Of a stretch of 64,000 nt of DNA, positions 19,410 to 29,306 are shown one piece after another. Under the pieces are notes generated by a model. The model was given only the letters and a program-made list of their open reading frames with translations, ran no database searches and had not been told where the DNA came from. Each line of letters starts with the position of its first letter. The first letter of the stretch is position 1. Source of the stretch: Acidobacteriota bacterium (GTDB lineage: Bacteria; Acidobacteriota; UBA6911; RPQK01; JAJDTT01); assembly GCA_965209055.1 (NCBI GenBank), contig OZ242374.1, positions 3,552,001 through 3,616,000 on the forward strand, given 5' to 3'. Both the position numbers and the translations under genes were made by a program.

Positions 19410-20789
19410 ATGACTCTTTTGATTGCCTTTCTGAGTATTGCCGTCCTTTCCGTATCAAGTCTTTTTGGAGCGCCTGAGGGAGAGGCGAAGGCTGCCGGGG
19501 CGGTGAGCTACTCCCAGGAAATCCAGCCCGTCCTGCAGCGCAGTTGCCAGGGCTGCCACCAGCCTTCCAGCCGTCAGGGTGGACTGGACGTCACCAATTT
19601 CGAGAGTCTTCGGACCGGGGGCCAGCATGGAGCCTCCTTCGTCGCGGGCGCCCCGGACAGGAGCCTTCTCCTGGCGCATCTCACCGGGGACAGGGAGCCT
19701 CGAATGCCGCTGGGTCAGCCGCCGCTGGAGGCTTCCGATATCGAGCTGTTCCGTAAGTGGATCGGGTCGGGGGCCCGGGACGACTCCTCGGAAATGGCGA
19801 CCCGGCTGGCCGGCGGGGAGCCGCCCGTTTACCGTCAACCGCCTGTCATCACCGCCTTGGCCTACTCTCCGGATGGCGGCACGCTGGCGGTGTCCGGCTA
19901 CCGGGAAGTTCTGCTGCACCGGGATTCGGACTCGGTACCCGACGCCAGGCTGGTGGGGACCGCGGACCGGATCCAGTCCCTGGGCTTCACCGCTGACGGC
20001 AAGACCCTCATGGCGGCAGGAGGCAGCCCGGCCAGCTTCGGAGAGGTGCAGTTCTGGGACATGGACTCGGGACGCCTCCTCAGGGCGGTCCGGAGTTGCC
20101 ACGACACCCTCTTCGGGGCTTCGCTTTCTCCAGACGGAACGCGGGTGGCCTTCGGCTGCGCCGACCACACCGTCCGGATCGTGGAAGTCGAAACCGGCAA
20201 AGAGTTGCTGAAGATGAGTCATCATGAGAATTGGGTCCTGGGAACCGTTTTCGGGGTGGACGGTAGACGGATCATATCGGTGGGGCGAGACCGGGCGGCC
20301 AAGCTGGTGGACGCCACCAGCGGGGCCTTCATCGAGAACGTCAATCTGTTGAAGGGAGAGTTGACGGCCATCGCCCGGCATCCCAGCCGCGAGACCGTCG
20401 CCATCGGCGGGGAGGACCGGACGCCGTTTCTATACCGGGTGGACAAGGCTGCCAAAATGCAGATCGCAGACACCACGAACCTGCTCCATGAGTTGGAGAA
20501 GCATGACGGCGAGATTTTCGATCTGGCCTTCAGCCCGGACGGCAAAACGCTGGCCGTATCAGGCGCCTCGAGCCGGGTCTCCCTGTACGACGTGGAGAAG
20601 GGAGCCGCGACGGTCGCTTGCGACGCCGGCCAACAGGGCGTCTACGCCGTAGCCTTCCATCCGGAAGGCGGCAAGCTGGCTATGGGTGGCTTTGACGGCA
20701 ACGTGAGAATCTGCGAGTTGGACTCGGGACGGATCGTTTCCGAGTTCATCCCGGTGCCGATCCAGGGGACGCTGGTTTCGTCCAGGTAG
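19410..20789 (+). CDS. Planctomycete-type cytochrome c domain plus WD40 repeat protein
   Basis: Signal peptide, CQGCH haem motif, RMPLG...WI..GA, multiple WD40 blades. Confidence 0.88.
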   Translation: MTLLIAFLSIAVLSVSSLFGAPEGEAKAAGAVSYSQEIQPVLQRSCQGCHQPSSRQGGLDVTNFESLRTGGQHGASFVAGAPDRSLLLAHLTGDREPRMPLGQPPLEASDIELFRKWIGSGARDDSSEMATRLAGGEPPVYRQPPVITALAYSPDGGTLAVSGYREVLLHRDSDSVPDARLVGTADRIQSLGFTADGKTLMAAGGSPASFGEVQFWDMDSGRLLRAVRSCHDTLFGASLSPDGTRVAFGCADHTVRIVEVETGKELLKMSHHENWVLGTVFGVDGRRIISVGRDRAAKLVDATSGAFIENVNLLKGELTAIARHPSRETVAIGGEDRTPFLYRVDKAAKMQIADTTNLLHELEKHDGEIFDLAFSPDGKTLAVSGASSRVSLYDVEKGAATVACDAGQQGVYAVAFHPEGGKLAMGGFDGNVRICELDSGRIVSEFIPVPIQGTLVSSR

Positions 20790-20849
20790 CCCGGGAATCT
20801 GACACTGGGCGGGTGTAAACTGAGCGTAAACCGACGGTACGCTAATTCC

Positions 20850-23342
20850 ATGGACGCACCCATGAACGAATCTGGTCCCTTCCAGCGAACAGGACATCGA
20901 GCCGGTCGTGTCACCGTGTTGCTGTCCCTGCTCAGCGGGTCCCTCCTGCTGGCTGAAGCCCCGCTGTTGAAACAGTTGCATCCGCCCGGCGCTCAAAAAG
21001 GGTCGGCCGTGACCCTGACTCTGTCGGGAACGGGACTGGGCGGGAATCTGGAGGTCCTCTCATCGCTTCCTGGTAGCTACACTCCGCTGGCGGCGCTGGC
21101 CCCGGACACCCCGGCTCCGGACGTGAAATCGGCAGCCTTTCTGGTGGAGGTTCGAAAAGACGCGCCCTCCGGCCTTTACCCCATTCGCGTTCGCAGCGAC
21201 CGGGGACTTTCCAACGTCCTGCTCTTTTCAGTGGGTGATTTTCCCGAAGTCAACGAGGAGAAGGGAGGGTCCAACGACACTCCCGCGACAAGCCGGACCG
21301 TGCCGGTCCCGGCGACGGTGAACGGGACCTTGGAGGGACCGGACCGCGACATCTATCGGTTCCGTGCCCGGGAAGGGAAGAGGGTCGTCCTTGAGGTGGA
21401 GAGCCGCCGGATCGCTTCGGCACTGGACCCTGTTCTGCTGGTGCTCGATTCCAAGGGGAAACAGGTCGCCAGAAATGATGACGCTGCCGGGATCGGCGTC
21501 GATTCACGCCTCGACCTGAAACTTCCCGAGGGCGATTACTATGCGGTGGTCCACGACGCCCGTTTCAGCCGCCAGGACCAGAACTTCTATCGCCTCAAGA
21601 TAGGCGCCTTCGACTACGCCGAGGGGGTCTTTCCCCTGGGTTGGCAGAGAGGTGGAGAGATCCGGGTCGAAATGCTGGGGGGACATGGCGCCGGTCCCCG
21701 GGAGATCCCTCTGGACCTGTCGGGAGTGGACCAGGACTACGTGATGCTGCAGGTTCCCGGAGCGCCGGGCGCGCTTCCGCTGCCCTTCGTCGTGGGCGAC
21801 CTTCCCGAGCGACTGGAACGGGAGGACCTGCCGTCGGAAGTGCTGGAACCCTCAACGGTGGTCAACGGGCGAATCTCGGCGCCCGGCGAAGTCGACCGCT
21901 ATCGTCTCCAGGTTGCACCGGGTGAGGAGTGGTCGGTTCATCTGGCAGGTTCGCGGTTGGGCACGACACGCCTCTTCGGTCGGGTTTCGGTCCTGGATTC
22001 CGAGGGGAAGATACTGGCCTCGGGAGGCGATCGGGTGCCCTTGAGGAATGACTCGTTCCGGACCCACGGCGCCGTCAGCCGCGATCCCCACCTGAAATTC
22101 AAGGTCCCCGATGGGGCGCGGGAAGTGACCGTCACCGTGGAGGATCTGGTAGGGCGCGGCGGTTCCGATTACGCCTACCGGCTATCGGCGTGGCGAGGCG
22201 GGGGCGATTTCACGATCAGCTTGCTGACTCCGTACTTGAATGTCCCTCGAAACGGCACCGCATGGATCGAAACCAGGATCGATAGACGGGGATATACCGG
22301 AGCCGTCCGGTTGGAGGTCCCGGATGCAGGAGAGGATCTGCTGGTGGAGGGGGGTGAGGTGCCCCCCGAATTGGTGGCTCCCGAGAGTCCCTTCCGCTCC
22401 ACCACCGGGATCCTGACCGTCACGGCCAAGGGCGGAGCCTCCCTGGGAGTCCGCCGGGTTTCGGTCCGGGGAACGGCCGTGTTGCCCGACGGCACCCGAA
22501 TCGAACGCTGGGCCGAGGCGCCGGGTCTCGTGACTGCCGTCAAGCCGGGAACGGGATTGCCGGAACCCGCCATGCGGATGCGGGAAGAGCCCTTTACGGC
22601 TCCCTGGCTGGGTCTTGGATTGCCGGTGAACGTGCGCCCGGGGGTTCCCGTTCGCCTGGAATTGGCGGGAGTGACTTCGGAGCGCCTGTTGCCCGGCATG
22701 GATCAGCGAGTGACTTGGCGCATGGTGGCCGCCGATCCCGCGGTGACGCTGCCGCGGGAGCTCACGACCAATCGAGCAATCACCCGCGAACTGCGGATCC
22801 GGACCGTGAAAGGGCAGGGGGAACCGGGCGCCGGCGCCATTGTCCTTGCCACCACCATGGGCACGGTCCATGGAAAGTTCAACTTCCTGGCGGAGGGCGA
22901 AGTGGAGTTCCGGGGACGGAAGCAGATGGTCCGGAGCCGCGCGCTGACCTTCGACGTGGTGCAGGGCTACCACATCCGGGTGGCGGAAACGAGTCTGACG
23001 CTCCAGCCGGGTGGTCGTGGGCAATTGCGGGGCCGGGTCGAACGCGATCCGCTTTTCGACCGGTCGGTAAACGTTCAGCCTGAGAATTTCCCGAATGGGG
23101 TTCTTTGCGAGTCGGTCCAAGTGGACCCGGAGCAGGAGGAATTTCGGATCCCTTGCACAGCCGGTGAATCGGTTCAGCCGGGTGAGTACGCCATTGAGTT
23201 GTCATCGTCCTCGACTCTGGCGACCCGAACGGAAACGCAGGTTCCCTATCGGATTCCATCCGTGGCAACCCGTTTGATCGTCGCGGGCAAGGAGTCGAAG
23301 AAGAACGAAGCGGGCGTGGTTTCTCTCCGGACGAGGGACTAA
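20850..23342 (+). CDS. Secreted protein with pre-peptidase C-terminal (PPC) domains
   Basis: PPGAQKG N-terminus, VNGTL...DRDIYRF and VNGRI...EVDRYRL PPC repeats. Confidence 0.8.
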   Translation: MDAPMNESGPFQRTGHRAGRVTVLLSLLSGSLLLAEAPLLKQLHPPGAQKGSAVTLTLSGTGLGGNLEVLSSLPGSYTPLAALAPDTPAPDVKSAAFLVEVRKDAPSGLYPIRVRSDRGLSNVLLFSVGDFPEVNEEKGGSNDTPATSRTVPVPATVNGTLEGPDRDIYRFRAREGKRVVLEVESRRIASALDPVLLVLDSKGKQVARNDDAAGIGVDSRLDLKLPEGDYYAVVHDARFSRQDQNFYRLKIGAFDYAEGVFPLGWQRGGEIRVEMLGGHGAGPREIPLDLSGVDQDYVMLQVPGAPGALPLPFVVGDLPERLEREDLPSEVLEPSTVVNGRISAPGEVDRYRLQVAPGEEWSVHLAGSRLGTTRLFGRVSVLDSEGKILASGGDRVPLRNDSFRTHGAVSRDPHLKFKVPDGAREVTVTVEDLVGRGGSDYAYRLSAWRGGGDFTISLLTPYLNVPRNGTAWIETRIDRRGYTGAVRLEVPDAGEDLLVEGGEVPPELVAPESPFRSTTGILTVTAKGGASLGVRRVSVRGTAVLPDGTRIERWAEAPGLVTAVKPGTGLPEPAMRMREEPFTAPWLGLGLPVNVRPGVPVRLELAGVTSERLLPGMDQRVTWRMVAADPAVTLPRELTTNRAITRELRIRTVKGQGEPGAGAIVLATTMGTVHGKFNFLAEGEVEFRGRKQMVRSRALTFDVVQGYHIRVAETSLTLQPGGRGQLRGRVERDPLFDRSVNVQPENFPNGVLCESVQVDPEQEEFRIPCTAGESVQPGEYAIELSSSSTLATRTETQVPYRIPSVATRLIVAGKESKKNEAGVVSLRTRD

Positions 23343-23363
23343 ATAGTTTAATCGGGGGCGTCT

Positions 23364-25856
23364 ATGTTCACGGTACGCGTATCGATGCGGTTGTTCCCCA
23401 TATGTGCCATGTTCGCCGGTCTGCTCTGGGCCTTGATTCCGTCCTCCGCGCTCGGAGCTGGAGCAACTGGGACGACTATTGAGGAGTTCCAGGAAATTCG
23501 GGTCGAGCCTTCTCCTCTGGTCTTCTCGGGACCGGGCTCCGTCAGAAGGATTCTGGTCACCGGAATCACGGCGACGGGCGAAAGACGTGACTTGACGGCG
23601 ACGGCCGATTACGAAGATCCGGCCGGTCTGGTGGAGGTTCAGGGCGATGGGTACCTCCACCCGAATAAATCCGGAGAAACAACCCTCAGGGTGACGGCTG
23701 AAGCCCTCATTGCGGACGTGGCGGTTCGGATCGAGCCGGCGCGCGAACAACCGACCACCTTCCTGAAGGACGTCTTGCCGGTCATCAACAAGGTGGGCTG
23801 CACCCAGGGAGTCTGCCACGGAGCGGCCAAAGGGAAGAACGGCTTCAAGCTCTCGCTCCGGGGCTACGATCCCCGGTTCGACTACCAGTCGCTGCTCTAT
23901 GACATGTCGGGCCGGCGCTTCAATCGGGCCGATCCGGCTCGAAGCCTGATGTTGGCCAAGCCGACCCAGGAGGTGGCCCATGGCGGCGGCCTCAGGTTGA
24001 AGCGCGATTCGCGCTACTACGACACCCTCCTGCAATGGATCAGCGACGGAGTGCCGTACGGCGAGGACTCGGCGGATCGTGTGCGGCGGTTGGAGGTCCT
24101 GCCGGAGGAGGTCTTCCTGACCGCACCCGGCCAGACGCAGAGCGTGGTCGTGTTGGCCGAATACGAGGACGGCAGCCTCCGGGACGTCACCCGGGAGGCA
24201 CATCTCGGCAGCAGCAATACCGAGGCCATCGCCGTGACGGACAGCGCCGTGGTGGAGGGCCAGCGGGTCGGAGAGGGAGCCCTGCTGGTCCGTTACGAGG
24301 GCAAGTTCGTGACGGTTCCGGTCACGGTGCTGAATCCCAGCTCCGGTTTCGCGTGGCGTCCTCTGCCTCAGTACAACTACATCGACCGATTGGTGGACGG
24401 GAAGTTGGAGCGGATCCGGGTTCAGCCTTCGCTTCCGGCGACGGACAGCGATTTCCTGCGACGGGTCTCTCTGGACCTGACCGGGCGTCTCCCCAGTCCC
24501 GGGGAGGTCCGGGCCTTTCTGGCGGATCCGGCCGACAGGCAGGAGAAACGCCGCGAGGCGATCGATCGGCTCATGGGAAGTGACGCCTATGTCGATCACT
24601 GGACCCTGAAATGGGGCGATCTCCTGCGCAACAACCGGAAGTTCCTGGGCCACAAGGGGATCTGGTCCTTCCGGGAGTGGATCCGGCAGTCGGTGGCCGA
24701 CAACAAACCCTACGACCAACTGGTCCGGGAACTGCTGGCCTCCAAGGGAAGCACGCTGGAGAACCCTGCCGTCAATTACTTCCGTGTGGCCCGGACTCCC
24801 CAGGACGCCATGGAGACCACCACGCAACTGTTCCTGGGCGTCCGCATGGTCTGCGCCCAATGTCACGACCATCCCTTCGAGAGATGGACCCAGGACCAGT
24901 ATTTTCAGATGTCGGCCTTCTTCTCCGCCATCGGGATCCGGCCCGGATTCAAGAGTGGGGAGGAGATCGTCTACGAAAAGCGCCAGGACGCCGATTTGAA
25001 GCACCCCAAGAATGGGCGAGTGGTGGAGCCCGATTATCTCGTTCCCGTCGAGGGAGCTCCCGCGTTGAAGGCCGAGGGCGACCAGCGCCCCGCGCTGGTG
25101 GAGTGGTTGACCTCGAAGGAAAACCCCTTCTTCGCTCGGGCCGTGGCCAATCGCGTCTGGAGCTACTTCTTCGGGCGGGGCATCATCGAACCGGTGGATG
25201 ACATCCGGGCCTCCAATCCGGCGGTCAACGCTCCCCTGTTGGACGCCTTGGCGAAGGATCTGAAGGACCACGATTACGATCTTCAGCATCTCATGCGGAC
25301 CATTGTCGAGTCCCGGACCTACCAGGCGTCGATCCAGACCAACTCCTGGAACGAGAACGACGGGGTCAACTTCTCCCGGCGGATTCCCCGGCGCCTCAGC
25401 GCGGAGCAGTTGGCCGACGCCATCTCAGCGGCGACCGGCTCGCGAGTCGAATTCGAGACGGTTCCGGACGACTCTCGTGCGGCCCAGTTACCCGATCCCC
25501 ACGTGGAGAACGGCGAGTTTTTGGACCTCTTCGGGCGGCCCCAACGGGACGATCCCTGCGAGTGCGAGCGCAAAAGCGACATGAGCCTTTCCCAGGCGTT
25601 GAATCTGGTCAACGGCCCCACCGTGGGACGGGCCGTGGCGGACCCCCAAGGGCGAGTCGCATCCCTGATTCTGGGAGGCGCCTCGGACCGCGAGTTGATC
25701 GAGGACCTATACTTGTCCACGCTGAGCCGTCCGCCCTCGGAATCCGAGTACGCGTCGGCGGCCCTTCTGTTCCGGGAACGGGAGAGCCGGGCCGGGACGG
25801 CCCAGGATCTGCTCTGGGCGCTGCTGAACAGCAACGCATTCCTGTTCAATCGGTGA
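23364..25856 (+). CDS. DUF1549/DUF1553 protein with Ig-like domains
   Basis: GCTQGVCHG, FLRRVSLDLTG, CAQCHDHPF, ANRVWSYFFGRG, CECER, DLLWALLNS. Confidence 0.92.
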   Translation: MFTVRVSMRLFPICAMFAGLLWALIPSSALGAGATGTTIEEFQEIRVEPSPLVFSGPGSVRRILVTGITATGERRDLTATADYEDPAGLVEVQGDGYLHPNKSGETTLRVTAEALIADVAVRIEPAREQPTTFLKDVLPVINKVGCTQGVCHGAAKGKNGFKLSLRGYDPRFDYQSLLYDMSGRRFNRADPARSLMLAKPTQEVAHGGGLRLKRDSRYYDTLLQWISDGVPYGEDSADRVRRLEVLPEEVFLTAPGQTQSVVVLAEYEDGSLRDVTREAHLGSSNTEAIAVTDSAVVEGQRVGEGALLVRYEGKFVTVPVTVLNPSSGFAWRPLPQYNYIDRLVDGKLERIRVQPSLPATDSDFLRRVSLDLTGRLPSPGEVRAFLADPADRQEKRREAIDRLMGSDAYVDHWTLKWGDLLRNNRKFLGHKGIWSFREWIRQSVADNKPYDQLVRELLASKGSTLENPAVNYFRVARTPQDAMETTTQLFLGVRMVCAQCHDHPFERWTQDQYFQMSAFFSAIGIRPGFKSGEEIVYEKRQDADLKHPKNGRVVEPDYLVPVEGAPALKAEGDQRPALVEWLTSKENPFFARAVANRVWSYFFGRGIIEPVDDIRASNPAVNAPLLDALAKDLKDHDYDLQHLMRTIVESRTYQASIQTNSWNENDGVNFSRRIPRRLSAEQLADAISAATGSRVEFETVPDDSRAAQLPDPHVENGEFLDLFGRPQRDDPCECERKSDMSLSQALNLVNGPTVGRAVADPQGRVASLILGGASDRELIEDLYLSTLSRPPSESEYASAALLFRERESRAGTAQDLLWALLNSNAFLFNR

Positions 25857-25964
25857 GTGGAAGTTCACGAGGTTGCAAGACGGAGATCGAGAATAGAGAA
25901 TAAAACGAAACGGTCGGCTCTCCACCGGCCGTCATGCGCAAGCTTTTGAACACGGAGGTATCCA

Positions 25965-27425
25965 ATGCTAGTCGTACCAGGTCATCGCGCTTTTCTATGT
26001 GACGGTCCGACGCGCCGGGAGTTCTTGCGGGTCGGTTCCATCGGCCTCTTCGGCCTCGGCCTTCCCAATTTCTTCTCCTGGCAGGCCGCCCAAGCCGCCT
26101 CTACGGCGTCGGTTGCCGGCGACCTGGTGGGCAGCAAAGGCTTCGGTTCCGCCAAGAGCGTGATCCTCCTCTTTCTCCAAGGGGGACCCAGCCACATCGA
26201 CATCTGGGATCCCAAGCCGGACGCCCCGGCCAACATTCGGGGCGAGTTCAAGCCCATCAAGAGCAAAGTTCCCGGTATCTGGCTCAGCGAGACCATGCCC
26301 AAGCTGGCCCAGCAGGTGGACAAGTGCACCCTGATCCGCTCCATGAGCTACACGCCCAAGGGGCTGTTCAACCACACTGCGGCCATCTACCAGATGCTGA
26401 CGGGATATCCCCCTGACCGGGTGTCACCGTCGGGCCAGTTGGAGCCGCCGTCCCCCGCCGATTTCCCGACTGCGGGGTCTCACATCTCCAAGATGCTCCC
26501 CCTGGATGAACCGGTGCTGCCCTTCGTGGAGATGCCGCGACCGCTGCAGGAATCCAACGTGGTGGGGAAGGGAGGAGCCGCCGGGTTCCTGGGCAAGGCC
26601 TACGATCCCTACCGGCTCTACCAGGATCCCAACAAGGCGATCCGCCTGGATGACCTGTCCCTGCGCCAGGAGGTTCCGCCTCAGCGGTTGAAGGATCGCT
26701 TCACTCTGCTCAAGGGAATCAACAAGTCCATGCCCGACCTGGAGAAGGCCGTCGGCCAGCACGCGCTCGACGAATACTACGAGCGGGCCTATGACCTGGT
26801 CCTCTCGGGCAAGGCCCGGGCCGCCTTCGATCTGGAGCAGGAGCCGGTCGCGGTGCGGGAACGTTACGGGCGGACCACCTTCGGCCAGGGGGCGCTGATG
26901 GCCCGGCGTCTGGTGGAGGCGGGAACCCGCTTCGTTCAGCTCAACTGGCCATCCGTGGCCAACGGGAACCCGGAGACCACGGCCTGGGACACCCACGCCG
27001 CCAACTTCGGTCCCCTGAAGAACCTGCATTGCCCGGTCCTGGATCAGGCGCTCTCGGCGCTCCTGGAGGACATGGACGATCGGGGACTGTTGGACGAGAC
27101 GTTGGTCGTGACGGTAGGAGAGTTCGGTCGGTCGCCGCGCCTGGGCGTGAGCACGTCGGGGAACACCAACGCTCCTGATGGCCGGGACCACTGGCCCTAC
27201 TGCTACACGGCGCTGGTGGCGGGTGCGGGCGTCGCTCGCGGGACGCTCTACGGAGAGTCGGACGAGACCGGATCCTCGCCCAAGGAAAAGCCGGTCCATC
27301 CCAACGACCTGCTGGCATCCGTCTACTTCAGCCTGGGCATCGACCCGCACATGGAGGTCCTCAACCACCTGGATCAGCCTCGTGAGCTGGTCAAGGGGAA
27401 CCCCCTGCTGGATCTTTGGGGATAG
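25965..27425 (+). CDS. DUF1501 protein (Tat signal)
   Basis: [37 protein letters not shown]. Confidence 0.92.
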   Translation: MLVVPGHRAFLCDGPTRREFLRVGSIGLFGLGLPNFFSWQAAQAASTASVAGDLVGSKGFGSAKSVILLFLQGGPSHIDIWDPKPDAPANIRGEFKPIKSKVPGIWLSETMPKLAQQVDKCTLIRSMSYTPKGLFNHTAAIYQMLTGYPPDRVSPSGQLEPPSPADFPTAGSHISKMLPLDEPVLPFVEMPRPLQESNVVGKGGAAGFLGKAYDPYRLYQDPNKAIRLDDLSLRQEVPPQRLKDRFTLLKGINKSMPDLEKAVGQHALDEYYERAYDLVLSGKARAAFDLEQEPVAVRERYGRTTFGQGALMARRLVEAGTRFVQLNWPSVANGNPETTAWDTHAANFGPLKNLHCPVLDQALSALLEDMDDRGLLDETLVVTVGEFGRSPRLGVSTSGNTNAPDGRDHWPYCYTALVAGAGVARGTLYGESDETGSSPKEKPVHPNDLLASVYFSLGIDPHMEVLNHLDQPRELVKGNPLLDLWG

Positions 27426-27588
27426 TTCGGCCGGACGACAGCAATTCTGACGCCGGACAACCAGCGGCGGCCGGGACCGGCCGCGCAGTCTCCATCCCTG
27501 CCTTTGGAAGGCACGCGCTCCCAGGCACCGGTTCGGAGCCGCGTCCGCCCGTACGTCGCCGAGCAGTGGCTCGCGTGGCGGGCTAACT

Positions 27589-29145
27589 TCAACGGACCCG
27601 GTCCGCCGTGTTCGCGCGCAGACCCTTCCAGGTGCTGTAGCACAGGGCGACGAGCACCAGCGCAAAGGGGACGGCGGCGGCGAGGGTCGCCGCCTGGGCA
27701 GCCACAAGGCCGCCGCCGAGCAGTAGCGCGATGGCGGTCAGCCCCTCGAAGACGCACCAGAACGCGCGCTGGACAACCGGCGCATCCAGTTTGCCGCCGG
27801 CGGTGATGGTGTCGATGACCAGTGATCCCGAGTCGGACGAGGTGACAAAGAACACCACGACCAGCACGAGGCCGATGAACGACGTGACGGTCGCAAGGGG
27901 CAGCGTCTCCAGCAGCGCGAACAGGGCGATCTCCGGCTGCTGTGCCTGCACTGCCGCGATCACGGCGGGATGACCGCGGTCGACGTACTGCGACACCGCG
28001 GTCCCGCCGAAGGCATTCATCCAGATCGTCGCCGTCAGCGTCGGGAGGACCAGCATGCAGGCGACCAGTTCGCGCACGGTCCGGCCCCGCGACACCCGGG
28101 CGATGAACAGGCCGACGAAGGGGGACCACGAGAGCCACCAGGCCCAGTAGAAGGTCGTCCAGCCGTGCATGAAGTCGAGATCCTCGCGGCCCACCCAGTT
28201 GCTGAGTGGTCCGATCGACGCGAGATACTGGCCGAGGCTGGCGACGGCGCCGGTGGCGATGGCACGCGTCGGCCCGACCGTCAGCACGAACGCCAGCAGC
28301 AGCAGGGCGAGCAGCAGGTTGGCCTGGCTCAGCCGCTTGACCCCCTTCTCCATGCCGCTGACAACCGACGCCAGCGCCATGCCGGTGATACCGGCGATCA
28401 GCAGCACCTGGGTGGTGTCGGTCGATGGCGTGCCCCACAAGCGGGCCACCCCCGCCGCCAACTGCTGGGCGCCCAGGCCGAGCGATGTGGCCAGCCCGAA
28501 GAGCGTGGCGAAGACGGCAAGGGTGTCGAGGCCGTGTCCGAACCGCCCCCACACAGCCTCTCCCATGAGCGGATAGAACGCCGACCGCAACGCCAGCGGC
28601 AGGCCGAGGTTGTAAGACGCGAAGGCGATCGCCACCGCCACCACCGCGTACATGGCCCATCCATGGATTCCCCAGTGGTAGATGGCGCTGGCCATGCCGA
28701 GGCGCGCCGCCGCCGCCGTGTCGGCCGCATCGAGACCGAGCGGCGGTTGGAGGAAATGCTCCACCGGTTCCGACACCCCGAAAAACATCAGGCCGATGCC
28801 CGTACCGGCGGCGAACAGCATGGCGAACCAGGACGGCCGGGAGTAGTCCGGCCGGGCATCCGGACCGCCCAGGCGTACACGGCCCGGCGGCGTCACCAGC
28901 AATAGCAGACAGAAGAGCACGAAGAGGTTGCCCGTGCCCATCAACAACCAGTCGAAGGTCGACGTGAGCCACGCGCGCAGCGCCTCGAATGCGAACGCCG
29001 CCTCGGCCTGAAATGCCAGCACCCCGGCAACGAAGGCGATGATGGTGAGGCTGGAGACAATGAATACGGGATTGTGGATGTCCAGACCGAGGAACCGGAC
29101 GTTGTCTTGACCCAGCCGGTAGTCGATCCCGGAGATCTCAGCCAT
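27589..29145 (-). CDS. BCCT family (betaine/carnitine/choline) transporter
   Basis: SWFAMLFAAG, HWGIHGW, WTTFYWAWW.SWSPFVG.FIARVSRGRT, TSSDSGSLV. Confidence 0.93.
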   Translation of the reverse strand: MAEISGIDYRLGQDNVRFLGLDIHNPVFIVSSLTIIAFVAGVLAFQAEAAFAFEALRAWLTSTFDWLLMGTGNLFVLFCLLLLVTPPGRVRLGGPDARPDYSRPSWFAMLFAAGTGIGLMFFGVSEPVEHFLQPPLGLDAADTAAAARLGMASAIYHWGIHGWAMYAVVAVAIAFASYNLGLPLALRSAFYPLMGEAVWGRFGHGLDTLAVFATLFGLATSLGLGAQQLAAGVARLWGTPSTDTTQVLLIAGITGMALASVVSGMEKGVKRLSQANLLLALLLLAFVLTVGPTRAIATGAVASLGQYLASIGPLSNWVGREDLDFMHGWTTFYWAWWLSWSPFVGLFIARVSRGRTVRELVACMLVLPTLTATIWMNAFGGTAVSQYVDRGHPAVIAAVQAQQPEIALFALLETLPLATVTSFIGLVLVVVFFVTSSDSGSLVIDTITAGGKLDAPVVQRAFWCVFEGLTAIALLLGGGLVAAQAATLAAAVPFALVLVALCYSTWKGLRANTADRVR

Positions 29146-29278
29146 ATCCCGCAATTCTCACCAGCGAGCGCGCGCCCAGCGCAGTCTGTCCCGAAGCAAC
29201 CTCGCAACAATTCGCGCAAATGCTCAAAATAGATTCTTTTTCGTCATACACGTAGCGACCTGGTGAGAAATGCGGGAT
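29146..29278. mobile_element. 133-bp mini-IS/MITE with 19-bp terminal inverted repeats
   Basis: ATCCCGCAATTCTCACCAG / CTGGTGAGAAATGCGGGAT (18/19); minus-strand ORF tail RLLRDRLRWARARW* stops inside the IR. Confidence 0.65.
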
Positions 29279-29306
29279 GGGACCGTCAACAACCAGGCAC
29301 AGCGCT

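Noticed and set aside
23202-25289. Long antisense ORFs (also 6351..8198, 14836..16632, 35696..37819, 49308..51077, 53056..54801)
   Set aside because: Typical high-GC shadow frames opposite well-supported genes, with no recognisable motifs
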